Below are positions 17,918 through 26,969 of a DNA stretch of 64,000 nucleotides, in pieces. A model generated the notes under the pieces. It was given only the letters and a program-made list of their open reading frames with translations. It was not told the origin of the DNA and ran no database searches. Positions within the stretch are counted from its first letter, which is position 1; each line of letters starts with the position of its first letter. The translations under genes were made by a program, and so were the position numbers. Origin of the DNA: Steroidobacteraceae bacterium (GTDB lineage: Bacteria > Pseudomonadota > Gammaproteobacteria > Steroidobacterales > Steroidobacteraceae); contig DATKMV010000041.1 in NCBI GenBank assembly GCA_035541695.1, forward strand, positions 76,583 through 140,582, given 5' to 3'.

Positions 17918-18949
17918 TCAGGCGACGAGCGCGCTGCGGATGGCGATCGGGGTGCGCCCGGGGGGCGCGAGCGCATAGGCCGCGAGACCCTTCTGCTCGA
18001 GCCACTCGCGATTGAACAGACGTGATTGATACTTTGCGCCGCCATCGCACAGCACGGTCACGACGACGTGACCCGGGCCGAGCTCGCGCGCGATGCGCAG
18101 CGCCGCAGCCACGTTGATGCCGGACGTCGAGCCGAGGAACAGCCCCTCCTCGTAGAGGAGCCGGTAGACGCAGCGGACGGTGTCGGGGTCCTCGATCGAG
18201 AGCGCGTCATCGATCGGTGCGCCCTGGAGATTGGCGGTCACGCGGGCAATGCCGATGCCCTCGGTGATCGAGCCGCTGCCGGTCGCCGCGAGCGTGCCGC
18301 GCGTGATGTAGGCGTAAAGACTGCTGCCCGGGGGGTCCGCAAGCACGCAGCGGATCGTGCGACGGCGCGACTTGAGGAACTCCGCGACCCCGGCCAGCGT
18401 GCCGCCGGTACCGGTCGCGGCGACGAATGCATCGATGCGACCGTTCGTCTGCGCCCAGATCTCGGGTCCGGTCGTCTGCAGATGGACCTCGCGATTCGCA
18501 ATGTTGTCGAACTGGTTCGACCAGATGGCGCCAGGGAGCGAGGCCGCGAGGCGCTGGGCGACGCGCTGGTATTGATTGGGGTTGCTGTACGGAACCACCG
18601 GCACCTTGTGCACCTCGGCTCCGAGCATCTCGAGCAGCCGGTACTTCTCGGGTGACTGGTTGTCCGGCATGACGATGATGCAGCGGTAGCCGCGGGCGTT
18701 GCAGACGTGCGCGAGGCCGATGCCGGTGTTGCCGGCGGTGCCTTCCACCACCGTACCGCCGGGGCGCAGCTCACCGCGCCGCTCGGCAGCGGCGATGATC
18801 GACGCCGCGGCGCGATCCTTCACCGAGCCGCCCGGATTCATGAACTCGGCTTTGCCGAGAATGTCGCAGCCGGTCTCCTCGCTCAGCCGGTTCAAACGAA
18901 TGAGCGGCGTGTTGCCGATGGCGCCGATGAAGCCTGCCACTGCGCTCAT
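17918..18949 (-). CDS. PLP-dependent cysteine synthase family protein (CysK/CysM/CBS-like)
   Basis: GNTPLIRLNRL, PLP-lysine motif GGSVKDR, GTAGNTGIGLA, TGTGGTL. ATGA overlap with the cysG stop. Confidence 0.8.
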   Translation of the reverse strand: MSAVAGFIGAIGNTPLIRLNRLSEETGCDILGKAEFMNPGGSVKDRAAASIIAAAERRGELRPGGTVVEGTAGNTGIGLAHVCNARGYRCIIVMPDNQSPEKYRLLEMLGAEVHKVPVVPYSNPNQYQRVAQRLAASLPGAIWSNQFDNIANREVHLQTTGPEIWAQTNGRIDAFVAATGTGGTLAGVAEFLKSRRRTIRCVLADPPGSSLYAYITRGTLAATGSGSITEGIGIARVTANLQGAPIDDALSIEDPDTVRCVYRLLYEEGLFLGSTSGINVAAALRIARELGPGHVVVTVLCDGGAKYQSRLFNREWLEQKGLAAYALAPPGRTPIAIRSALVA

Positions 18950-20373
18950 GCCGGTGCCTGCGCCGCGACTGCAGCGACGCGTCCCGCAGGGATGCCTGCG
19001 GGAGTATCTTCGGCATCGAAGGCGGCGACGTTTCCGGTGATGAGAAGCGCGGGCGGTGCGACATCGAGCGCACGGACGCGCGCGACGATGTCGGCGAGCG
19101 TGCCGCGCACGGTGCGCTGATCCGCGAGCGTGGCCCGGGTGATGAGCACTGCGGGATGGTCCGGGGCGGCGCCGGCCGCGCGCAGCCGGGCCACGATCTC
19201 CTGGAGGTGCGCGAGCCCCATGTAGAAGACGGCCGTATGACGCGGCTCCGCGAGAAACTTCCAGTCGTGGCTCGTGTCCGCCTCGCCCTGATGGCCGTTC
19301 ACGAAGGTCACGCTGTGTGCGAGCCGGCGGTGCGTGAGCGGCACGGCGGCACTCGCGGCGGCCCCGAGCGCCGCAGTGACGCCCGGCACGACCGTGCAGG
19401 GGATGTCGCGAGCGGCGAGCGCCTCGAGCTCCTCACCGCCGCGGCCGAAGATGAATGGATCGCCGCCCTTGAGCCGTGCGACACGCTTGCCCTCGAGCGC
19501 GTAGCGCACCAACAGCTCGTTGATCCGCTCCTGCTGCGCGGGATCGCCCGGACTCTTGCCGACGAATATCCGCTCGGCATCGCGCCGGGCGCGCTCGAGC
19601 ACTGCGGGGCTCACCAGGCGGTCGTAAAGGATGACGTCGGCCTGTTGCAGGAGCTGCAGCGCGCGTAGTGTGAGGAGGTCCGGATCCCCCGGTCCCGCGC
19701 CGATGAGGTACACCTCACCGAGCGGACAGGCCCCGGTGCTCAGCTGCGAGGTGAGAAGCTCCCGCGCCAGGGCGCGCGCGGCGCCCGGCTCATCACCCGC
19801 CAACACCCGGCTCGCGACTTCCCCGCCTGCGATGCGCTCCCACAGCCGGCGGCGGGCGGGTGCCGCAAGAGCCCGGCGCAGCGCGGCGCGGCGCTCACCC
19901 ATGAAGCGTGCCAGCGCCCCGAGCCGGGCGGGCAGCAGCGCCTCGAGCTGGGCGCGGATGCGGCGGGCCAGCACCGGCGCGTGCCCGGCGGAGCTCACCG
20001 CGACCAGCACCGGCGAGCGGTCGATGATGGCCGGAAAGATGAAGCTCGAGAGCGCGGCGTCATCGACGACGTTGACCGGGATACCGCGCTCGCGCGCGGC
20101 CTGCGACACGGCTCGGTTTACCACGACATCGTCGGTGGCGGCGATGGCAACCACTGCCCCATCGAGGTGGGCGGGCGTGAAGGCGGCGGCGATGTGGCGC
20201 AGCTCACCGCGGGCCGCCTGGGCGGCGAGTTGCGACTCGAGCGACGGTGCGATCACCGTCACCTCGGCGCCGGCCTCGCGCAGTGCCCCGGCCTTGCGCC
20301 GCGCCACCACGCCGCCACCGACCACCGCGACGTGCTGTCGCTCGAGTCTCAGGAATATCGGCAGATAGTCCAT
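18946..20373 (-). CDS. cysG: siroheme synthase (uroporphyrinogen-III methyltransferase / precorrin-2 dehydrogenase / ferrochelatase)
   Basis: Track ORF trimmed to the ATG at 20373 (MDYLPIFLRLERQHVAVVGGGVVARRK, an NAD-binding domain). The C-terminal methyltransferase carries GAGPGDPDLLT. Confidence 0.85.
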   Translation of the reverse strand: MDYLPIFLRLERQHVAVVGGGVVARRKAGALREAGAEVTVIAPSLESQLAAQAARGELRHIAAAFTPAHLDGAVVAIAATDDVVVNRAVSQAARERGIPVNVVDDAALSSFIFPAIIDRSPVLVAVSSAGHAPVLARRIRAQLEALLPARLGALARFMGERRAALRRALAAPARRRLWERIAGGEVASRVLAGDEPGAARALARELLTSQLSTGACPLGEVYLIGAGPGDPDLLTLRALQLLQQADVILYDRLVSPAVLERARRDAERIFVGKSPGDPAQQERINELLVRYALEGKRVARLKGGDPFIFGRGGEELEALAARDIPCTVVPGVTAALGAAASAAVPLTHRRLAHSVTFVNGHQGEADTSHDWKFLAEPRHTAVFYMGLAHLQEIVARLRAAGAAPDHPAVLITRATLADQRTVRGTLADIVARVRALDVAPPALLITGNVAAFDAEDTPAGIPAGRVAAVAAQAPA

Positions 20374-20387
20374 GCTGACGGCCGCTC

Positions 20388-21119
20388 TCACACCGGCGCC
20401 GTCACCGGCACCGCGGAGGTGCCGAACAGCGGGTGCAGGCCGCACTCGCGCGTGCCCGCTCGCTCCCACCACCAGCGACCGGCACGGCGGCTCTCGCCGG
20501 GCTGGATGGCGCGCGTGCACGGTGCGCAGCCTATGCTCGGGAACTCACGGTCGTGCAGTGCGTTGTAGGGCAGCCGATGGTGGCGGATGTACCGCCAGAT
20601 ATCCTCCTCGCTCCACTCGAGCAGCGGGCTGATCTTGTAGAGGCCATGCTCGTCGTCCCACTCGAGGTCGCGTCTGCCGGCGCGCCCCGCGGTCTGCTCG
20701 CGCCGCACCCCGGTCACCCACGCCCCAAAGCCGGCGATCGCCCGGCGGAAGGGCTCGAGCTTGCGCACGCGGCAGCACTCGAGGCGTGCCTCGAGGCTGC
20801 GGTAGAAGCCGTTCATGCCCTGGGCTGCGACCAGGCGCTCGAGCGCCGCGGCGTCCGGGTAGAGGACGCGCACGGTGCGCCGGTAGCGGCGCTGGAGCCG
20901 CTCGAGCAACTCGTAGGTCTCCTCGTGCAGCCGTCCGGTATCGATGGTGAACACATCGATCTGGGGCAGGTGTGTCCAGATGATGTCGGTCAGGACCATC
21001 GCCTCGGCGCCGAGGCTGCTGGCGTAAGCGATCCGGCCACGCCCGGAGCACGCCTGCGCGAGAAGCTCGCGGACCGCGGCGGCCTTGCATTCCAGATCCG
21101 GCATCGGCGGCTCAGCCAT
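20388..21119 (-). CDS. cysH: assimilatory adenylyl-sulfate (APS)/PAPS reductase, thioredoxin-dependent
   Basis: PAPS-reductase fold with C-terminal ECGLH. The CC...CxxC cysteines (ECCRVRK, GCAPC) are typical of Fe-S-containing APS reductases. Confidence 0.85.
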   Translation of the reverse strand: MAEPPMPDLECKAAAVRELLAQACSGRGRIAYASSLGAEAMVLTDIIWTHLPQIDVFTIDTGRLHEETYELLERLQRRYRRTVRVLYPDAAALERLVAAQGMNGFYRSLEARLECCRVRKLEPFRRAIAGFGAWVTGVRREQTAGRAGRRDLEWDDEHGLYKISPLLEWSEEDIWRYIRHHRLPYNALHDREFPSIGCAPCTRAIQPGESRRAGRWWWERAGTRECGLHPLFGTSAVPVTAPV

Positions 21120-21263
21120 GATGGGCCACTATAGCCACGCTCGCCGGCGGACCAGAACGAACGATTGCTTCTGACGGGTTGCGCGACGGTTATGGAGCGG
21201 TTACAGACCGCTCACGGCGAGGGTTTCGGTTGAGTTAGGCTTCCGCCCCATGGATGGTTCCCG

Positions 21264-22235
21264 ATGAAGCTGCATCAGTTGCGCTACCTCGCCGCGGTTG
21301 CGCAGAGTGGCCTCAATATCACCGCGGCGGCACACAAGCTGCACACCTCCCAGCCCGGAGTCAGCAAGCAGATCAAGCTGCTCGAGGATGAGCTCGGTTT
21401 CCAGATCTTCGTGCGCGAAGGCAGGAATCTCACCCGCATCACGCCGGCCGGCCAGCAGGTGATCGAGCGCGCGCTGCGCATCCTGCAGGAGGCGAGCGCC
21501 ATCCGCAGCCTCTCGACCGAGCTGCGCGATGAGGGCAAGGGAAGCCTGTCGATCGGCACGACGCACACCCAGGCCCGCTACGTGCTGCCGGACGTGATAC
21601 GCCAGTTCCGCGGCCGCTATCCGCAGGTGCGCCTGAACCTCCACCAGGGAACCTCGGAGCAGATCGCGGAGATGGTGGCGAGCGATCGCATCGATTGCGC
21701 GATCGCCACCGGATCCGAGCAGCTCTTTCCGGAGCTGACCCTGATGCCCTGCTACCGCTGGCATCGCATCGTCATCGTCCCGAAGGGACACCCGCTCGCA
21801 GATGGCACCCGCCTCAGCTTCAAGGCGCTCGCGGCCTATCCACTCATCAGCTACACATTCAGCTTCACCGGTCCCTCATCGCTCCACGACGCCTTTGCCC
21901 GTGCCTCGCTCAGCCCCAACGTCGCCATCACCGCGCGCGATGCGGATGTGATCCAGACCTACGTTCGGCTCGGCCTCGGTGTCGGAATCGTCGCGCACAT
22001 GGCGGTCGATGAGCACGATCCGGACCTCGTGGCGCTCGATGCCTCGCATCTGTTCCCCGCCCACACGACCTGGATCGGCTTTCGCCGCGGCACGCTGCTG
22101 CGCAAGTACATGTACGAGTTCGCGCAGCTGCTCGCGCCGCACCTCGATCGGCGCCTGATCGATCGCGCACACCGCGCGGCTTCGGCGCAGGAAGTGGCGG
22201 CGCTGTTCACCGATACGGTGCTGCCGGAGCGTTGA
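21264..22235 (+). CDS. cysB: LysR-family regulator of the cysteine regulon
   Basis: Collinear with E. coli CysB as I recall it (MKLHQLRYL..., TSQPGVSKQIKLLEDELG, TTHTQARYVLP, DADVIQTYVRLGLGVGI). Confidence 0.85.
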   Translation: MKLHQLRYLAAVAQSGLNITAAAHKLHTSQPGVSKQIKLLEDELGFQIFVREGRNLTRITPAGQQVIERALRILQEASAIRSLSTELRDEGKGSLSIGTTHTQARYVLPDVIRQFRGRYPQVRLNLHQGTSEQIAEMVASDRIDCAIATGSEQLFPELTLMPCYRWHRIVIVPKGHPLADGTRLSFKALAAYPLISYTFSFTGPSSLHDAFARASLSPNVAITARDADVIQTYVRLGLGVGIVAHMAVDEHDPDLVALDASHLFPAHTTWIGFRRGTLLRKYMYEFAQLLAPHLDRRLIDRAHRAASAQEVAALFTDTVLPER

Positions 22236-22254
22236 GCTTGCGTTGAGCGCCGGA

Positions 22255-22746
22255 TCAGGGTGCGGGAAACCGCTGCCGGCGCAGCTCCACCTGCGGGGCG
22301 CCCGGCTGGTAGGCGACGTCATACCGTCCGAGCGCGAGGCGCAGCGCCTCCGGATCGACCCCGGCGGGAGGCTCGAGACTGTCGAAGCCACAGCGCGCCA
22401 GCAGAAACGCCTGGTCCGGACGCACCCCGGGGCCGACCGCGCGCAGCTCGCCGCGAAACCCCAGGCGCCCGCGCAGCACGCGGGCCTGCGAATAGCCCCG
22501 GCCATCCCCCACGCTCGGGAGCTCGAGCGCGATGAGGCTGAGTCGAGCGAGGAAGGGAGTGAGAGCTTCCACCGCATCGGCCGGAGCGAGACGGGTACCG
22601 AGTGGCGCGGTTCGATGCTCCCAGCTCGCGGACTCGCTCTGCAGCTGCAGCCAGGGCACGATCAGCGGCTCGGCCGCGGAGCTCGCCTCGCCACTGTAAC
22701 GCCACGGGTCGGGCAGCACCTCACGCTGCCTGAGGATGAGCCGCAT
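22255..22746 (-). CDS. DUF934-family protein (sulfite-reductase-associated, function unproven)
   Basis: 163 aa, with DGRGYSQARVLRGRLGFRGELRAVG typical of DUF934. Overlaps the 3' end of cysI by 26 nt on the same strand. Confidence 0.7.
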   Translation of the reverse strand: MRLILRQREVLPDPWRYSGEASSAAEPLIVPWLQLQSESASWEHRTAPLGTRLAPADAVEALTPFLARLSLIALELPSVGDGRGYSQARVLRGRLGFRGELRAVGPGVRPDQAFLLARCGFDSLEPPAGVDPEALRLALGRYDVAYQPGAPQVELRRQRFPAP

Positions 22747-24376
22747 AGGCGCGCTCCCTGAAGGGGGCGATGCCCGTCCGCCGCACGGTGTCGATGAAGC
22801 GCTCGCCGTCCTCGCGCAGCTCGCGATACGCCTCGACGATGCGCTCGAGGGTCGCGGCTACCTCGTGCTGCGCCACCGAGGGGCCGATCACCTCGCCGAG
22901 CGCGGTGAAGCCGTTGGCGGAGCCGCCGAGACTGATCTGGTACCACTCCTCGCCATGCTTGTCGACGCCGAGGATGCCGATGTGACCGACGTGGTGGTGC
23001 CCGCAGGCGTTCATGCAGCCGGAGATCTTGATCTCGATCTCGCCGAGGTCATAGAGGTAGTCGAGGTCGTCGAAGCGCTGCTGAATGTCGCGTGCCACCG
23101 AGATCGTTCCGGCGTTGGCGAGCGAGCAGAAATCCAGGCCGGGGCAGGCGATCATATCGGTTAGGGTGCCGATGTTGGGCGTCGCCAGTCCGAGCGCCGC
23201 GAGATCGCGCCACAGCTCGTAGAGCGCGCGCTGGGGCACATCGGCGAGCAACAGGTTCTGACTGTGCGTGCTGCGCACGAGCCCGAAGCTGACGCGGTCG
23301 GCAAGCGCGGCGACACCTTCCATCTGTGCCGAGGTGATGTCGCCCGGCACGGCGCCGTGCGCCTTGAGCGAGATGAGCACTGCGCGGTAGCCGGACACCC
23401 GATGCGGCCGGGTGTTGTAGCGATACCAGGCGCGGAATGCCGCCTCGCGCCCGGCGTCGGCCTCGTAATCGGCCAGCGCCGCGTAAGGGTGCGGGCGGAA
23501 GAAGCTGCGCACCCGCTCGACCTCGGCCGCGGGGACGCGCGGCGCAGCGGCGCGGCTCGCCCGCCACTCGCGCTCCACCTCCTCGCGGAAGCGTTCGATG
23601 CCGAGCGCCTTCACCAGTACCTTGATGCGCGCCTTGTGGATGTTGTCGCGCCGGCCGTAGAGGTTATAGACGCGCAGGATGGCTTCGAGATAGGCGAGCA
23701 GCTCCTCGAGCGGCAGCCACTCGCGGATCACCTGCCCGATCACCGGGGCGCGGCCGAGCCCGCCACCGACCCGCACGGTAAAGCCGAGCTCGCCGCCGGC
23801 ATCGCGCCGCAGCTGCAAGCCGACGTCGTGCACCTCGGAGGCGGCGCGGTCCTCGGGCGAGCCCGTCACCGCGATCTTGAACTTACGCGGCAGATAGGTG
23901 AATTCCGGGTGCAGCGTGGCCCACTGACGGATGATCTCGCAGTAGGGCCGCGGATCATCGATCTCATCGGGAGCTATTCCGGCCATGTGGTCGGCGGTGA
24001 CGTTGCGCACGCAGTTGCCGCTGGTCTGGATGGCGTGCATCTGCACGCGCGCGAGCTCGGCGAGGATGTCGGGAACGTCCGCGAGCGCCGGCCAGTTGAG
24101 CTGCAGATTCTGGCGCGTGGTGAAATGTCCATAACCGCGGTCGTAGCGGCGCGCGATGGCCGCGAGCGTGCGCAGCTGCAGCGAGGAGAGCAACCCGTAG
24201 GGGATCGCGATGCGCAGCATCGGCGCGTGACGCTGGAGGTACAGCCCATTGCGCAGCCGCAGCGGGCGGAATTCCTCCTCGGAGAGCTCGCCCGCCAGGT
24301 GGCGGCGGACCTGATCCCGGAATTCCGCGACGCGCTGCTCGACCAGCGTCTGGTCCAGCTCGTCGTAACGGTACAT
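22721..24376 (-). CDS. cysI: sulfite reductase hemoprotein (CysI/NirA type, siroheme-4Fe-4S)
   Basis: Track ORF trimmed to the ATG at 24376 (MYRYDELDQTLVEQRVAEFRDQV). Cluster and siroheme cysteines CPGLDFCSLA and SGCMNACGHHH. Confidence 0.85.
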   Translation of the reverse strand: MYRYDELDQTLVEQRVAEFRDQVRRHLAGELSEEEFRPLRLRNGLYLQRHAPMLRIAIPYGLLSSLQLRTLAAIARRYDRGYGHFTTRQNLQLNWPALADVPDILAELARVQMHAIQTSGNCVRNVTADHMAGIAPDEIDDPRPYCEIIRQWATLHPEFTYLPRKFKIAVTGSPEDRAASEVHDVGLQLRRDAGGELGFTVRVGGGLGRAPVIGQVIREWLPLEELLAYLEAILRVYNLYGRRDNIHKARIKVLVKALGIERFREEVEREWRASRAAAPRVPAAEVERVRSFFRPHPYAALADYEADAGREAAFRAWYRYNTRPHRVSGYRAVLISLKAHGAVPGDITSAQMEGVAALADRVSFGLVRSTHSQNLLLADVPQRALYELWRDLAALGLATPNIGTLTDMIACPGLDFCSLANAGTISVARDIQQRFDDLDYLYDLGEIEIKISGCMNACGHHHVGHIGILGVDKHGEEWYQISLGGSANGFTALGEVIGPSVAQHEVAATLERIVEAYRELREDGERFIDTVRRTGIAPFRERAYAAHPQAA

Positions 24377-24467
24377 CTGCCGGACTATAGGCGCGCCGCG
24401 GCGCCTGGCTAAATACCCTCTGGTTTGGTGCCCCCTTTCTGGGGTTATGACCGCGTGCCACACTAGG

Positions 24468-24941
24468 ATGGCGGAAGGAGGGCACGTGGCGGGACTGTAT
24501 TTCGAGCAATTCGATGCCGGGCAACGCTTCGAGCACCTGGTACGGCGCACCGTCACCGAGACCGACAATCTGCTCTTCAGTGCGCTCACCATGAACCCCG
24601 CCGCGATCCACCTCGACGCCGAGTACGCCAAAGGCACCCCGTTCGGCGAGCGAATCGTCAACAGCGTCTTCACGCTCGGCCTGCTCGTCGGGCTTTCGGT
24701 CTACGACACCACCTACGGCACGACCCTCGGGAATCTCGGCTGGGAGGAGGTGCGCTTCCCCCGACCGGTGCGGGTCGGCGATACGCTGCGCGCAGTCACC
24801 ACCGTGCTCTCCAAGCGCGAGAGCCAGTCGCGCCAGGACTCGGGGATCGTGGTGTTCGAGCACCGTGCCTACAACCAGCGCGACGAGGAAGTCGCCTCCT
24901 GCCGCCGCGTCGCGCTCATGCTGAAGAGGCCCGGGGCTTGA
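24468..24941 (+). CDS. MaoC-family (R-specific) enoyl-CoA hydratase/dehydratase
   Basis: GLYFEQFDAGQRFEH...TVTETDNLLFSALTMNPAAIHLD is a hotdog MaoC signature. Start uncertain: ATG 24468, GTG 24486 (AGGAGG upstream) or the track start at 24447. Confidence 0.75.
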   Translation: MAEGGHVAGLYFEQFDAGQRFEHLVRRTVTETDNLLFSALTMNPAAIHLDAEYAKGTPFGERIVNSVFTLGLLVGLSVYDTTYGTTLGNLGWEEVRFPRPVRVGDTLRAVTTVLSKRESQSRQDSGIVVFEHRAYNQRDEEVASCRRVALMLKRPGA

Positions 24942-25969
24942 GCTCGCGGCCGCGGGCGGCACGGCGCGCTGCTGCGTCACCGCGTGCCTCGTCGCGGCGC
25001 AGCCCGCGTGCCTCATCGCGGCGCAGCCCGCGTGTGCAGGCGCCGCAGCCCCCCGCACGTCCGCTGCGCTCGTGGCTGTTCGTGCCGGGCGACAGCGAGC
25101 GCAAGCAGGAGAAGGCGCTCGCCAGTGCGGCGGACGCCGTGATTCTCGATCTCGAGGACGCAGTGCTGGCACCGCAGCTGCCGGCGGCCCGGCTGCGCGT
25201 GGCGCAGCTCCTGCGCGAGCAGCGCGAGCGCCGGCGGCCGCAGCTGTGGGTGCGCGTGAACGCCCCGGCGAGCGGGCTCCTGCGGCAGGATCTCGAGGCG
25301 CTGTTCCGCGGGGTGGCTCCGCAGGGCATCGTGCTGCCGAAGATCTCCTCTGCGGCTGAGCTGCTGCAGGTCGAGCGCCGGCTCTCGGCGCTCGAGCGAG
25401 CGACCGCCCGCGCACCCGGGAGCACGCGACTCCTCCTCATCGCGACCGAGACGCCGGACGCGGTGCTCGCGCTGCCGCAGTACCCGGCGCTGCTCGCGCC
25501 GCTGCCCGCGCTGCGCCGGCGCATCGCCGGTCTCACCTGGGGCGCGGAGGATCTGGGGAGCGCGCTCGGGGCGCTCGCCCGGCGGGACAGCTCGGGAGCG
25601 CTCACCTTCACCTTTCAGCTCGCGCGCGCACACTGTCTGCTCGCCGCCGCCGCACTCGGCGCGCAGGCGATCGATGGGGTATGCACGGACTTCCGCGACG
25701 CCGCGGGGCTGCAGCAGGAGCTCGGGCTGGCGCGGCGTGACGGCTTTACGGGCAAGCTCGCGATTCACCCGGATCAGATTGCTCCGATCAACGCCGCGTT
25801 TGCACCGACGGAGGCCGAGCGCGAGCATGCTCGCCGGGTGGTGGCGGCATTCGCGGTGGCACCATCGGCGGGCGCCATCAGCCTCGACGGCCGCATGCTC
25901 GACCGGCCGCACCTGCTGCAGGCGCAGCGCATTCTCGCGGACGCGCAACGGGAGCCGGAGGTCACATGA
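24938..25969 (+). CDS. HpcH/HpaI aldolase / citrate lyase beta (CitE)-like acyl-CoA lyase
   Basis: RSWLFVPGD, ILDLEDAV, IATETPDAV, TWGAEDLGSALG and IDGVCTDFRD motifs. Start uncertain: TTG 24938 overlaps the maoC stop, while GTG 25034 lies just after the tandem repeat. Confidence 0.75.
   Translation: MSSRPRAARRAAASPRASSRRSPRASSRRSPRVQAPQPPARPLRSWLFVPGDSERKQEKALASAADAVILDLEDAVLAPQLPAARLRVAQLLREQRERRRPQLWVRVNAPASGLLRQDLEALFRGVAPQGIVLPKISSAAELLQVERRLSALERATARAPGSTRLLLIATETPDAVLALPQYPALLAPLPALRRRIAGLTWGAEDLGSALGALARRDSSGALTFTFQLARAHCLLAAAALGAQAIDGVCTDFRDAAGLQQELGLARRDGFTGKLAIHPDQIAPINAAFAPTEAEREHARRVVAAFAVAPSAGAISLDGRMLDRPHLLQAQRILADAQREPEVT
24980..25034. repeat. 24-nt tandem repeat, about 2.3 copies
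   Basis: CCGCGTGCCTCGTCGCGGCGCAGC (24980-25003), CCGCGTGCCTCATCGCGGCGCAGC (25004-25027), then CCGCGTG (25028-25034). Confidence 0.85.
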
Positions 25970-26349
25970 AGCTGCGGATCAAGGGAGCGACCCTGAGATT
26001 GCGCCTCACGCGCGGGGAGATTCGCGCTCTGCTCGATGCGGGCAGTGTCGAGGAGCGCGTGCCGTTCGCGCCCGGTGTGAGGCTCGTCTATCGTCTGCGA
26101 CGCGACGCGGCGGCGCGCGACATCGGGGCGAGCTTTCGTGACGGGGTGCTCGAGATCTCCGTTCCCGAGGGCGCCGCGCGCGAGTGGTGCACCAGCGAGC
26201 TCGTGAGTCTCGCGCACGACCAGCCACTCGAGGAGGGCTCGCTGCGCATCACGCTGGAGAAGGACTTCGCCTGCCTCGCGCCGCGCGCGGGCGAGGACGA
26301 ATCCGACAATTTTCCCCACCCGCAGGCCGGCCAGGGCGAGAGCTGTTGA
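25966..26349 (+). CDS. conserved hypothetical protein (127 aa)
   Basis: The ATG overlaps the citE-like stop (ATGA 25966-25969). MKLRIKGATLRLRLTRGEI...ITLEKDFACL...EDESDNFPHP resembles a widespread uncharacterised family. No function recognised. Confidence 0.55.
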   Translation: MKLRIKGATLRLRLTRGEIRALLDAGSVEERVPFAPGVRLVYRLRRDAAARDIGASFRDGVLEISVPEGAAREWCTSELVSLAHDQPLEEGSLRITLEKDFACLAPRAGEDESDNFPHPQAGQGESC

Positions 26350-26354
26350 GGCGC

Positions 26355-26969
26355 TCAGCTCGCTGCTTCGAGCGCGAGCAGATCTTCGGGCGTATCGATG
26401 TCGATGGCCGCGCTCGGCATCGACACTCTCACGACGCGATCGGGATTGCGCAGCAGCAGCGCGCGCGCACCGGTATCGCCGCGCAACTCGCGCAGCGCCC
26501 CGAACGAGCTGCGTGGGAAGATCGCCGGTGCACCGCAGCCGCCGCCGTAGAGCGCCGCCGCGATATGGTGCGGTTGCTTGCGCCAGCTGCCGGCGAGCCG
26601 CCTGAGGTCATCGGTGGTCACCGCGGCCTGATCGGCGAGCAACAGCAGCACCGCGCTGCACGCGGCGGGCAGTCGCGCCACCCCGGCGCGGATGGAGCTC
26701 GCCAGTCCTTCGCGCCAGTCCTGGTTGACCACGACCGAGCCCGGCGAGTGTCGCAGGAGGGGTGCGAGCTCTGCGGCGGAGGATCCCAGCACCACGATCA
26801 GCGCATTACCGGTCACCTCCGCGGCACGCGTGACCGCGGTGTGCAGCAGCGGCCGGCCCGCAACGCGCACCAGCTGCTTTGCCGAGCCGAAGCGCGTCGA
26901 GGCACCGGCGGCGAGCACGACGGCGTAGAGACCGTCCATGTTGCGGGCGGGCTTGTCAGAGACTGCCAT
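26355..26969 (-). CDS. MobA-like NTP transferase (MocA-like molybdenum cofactor nucleotidyltransferase)
   Basis: Track ORF trimmed to the ATG at 26969. AVVLAAGASTRFGSAKQL motif, LADQAAV, and a C-terminal DIDTPEDL. Confidence 0.75.
   Translation of the reverse strand: MAVSDKPARNMDGLYAVVLAAGASTRFGSAKQLVRVAGRPLLHTAVTRAAEVTGNALIVVLGSSAAELAPLLRHSPGSVVVNQDWREGLASSIRAGVARLPAACSAVLLLLADQAAVTTDDLRRLAGSWRKQPHHIAAALYGGGCGAPAIFPRSSFGALRELRGDTGARALLLRNPDRVVRVSMPSAAIDIDTPEDLLALEAAS

Noticed and set aside
20374-20520. N-terminal extensions offered by the ORF track for cysG (to 20520), cysI (to 24673), mnmA (to 52472), the Nudix gene (to 53088), tatD (to 36662), ltaE (to 42841), the mocA-like gene (to 27560), amaB (to 62618), the saccharopine dehydrogenase-family gene (to 63391) and the Lrp-family gene (to 3417).
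   Set aside because: The extensions are low-complexity, overlap neighbouring genes or promoters, and precede internal ATGs that match the known N-termini of each family.
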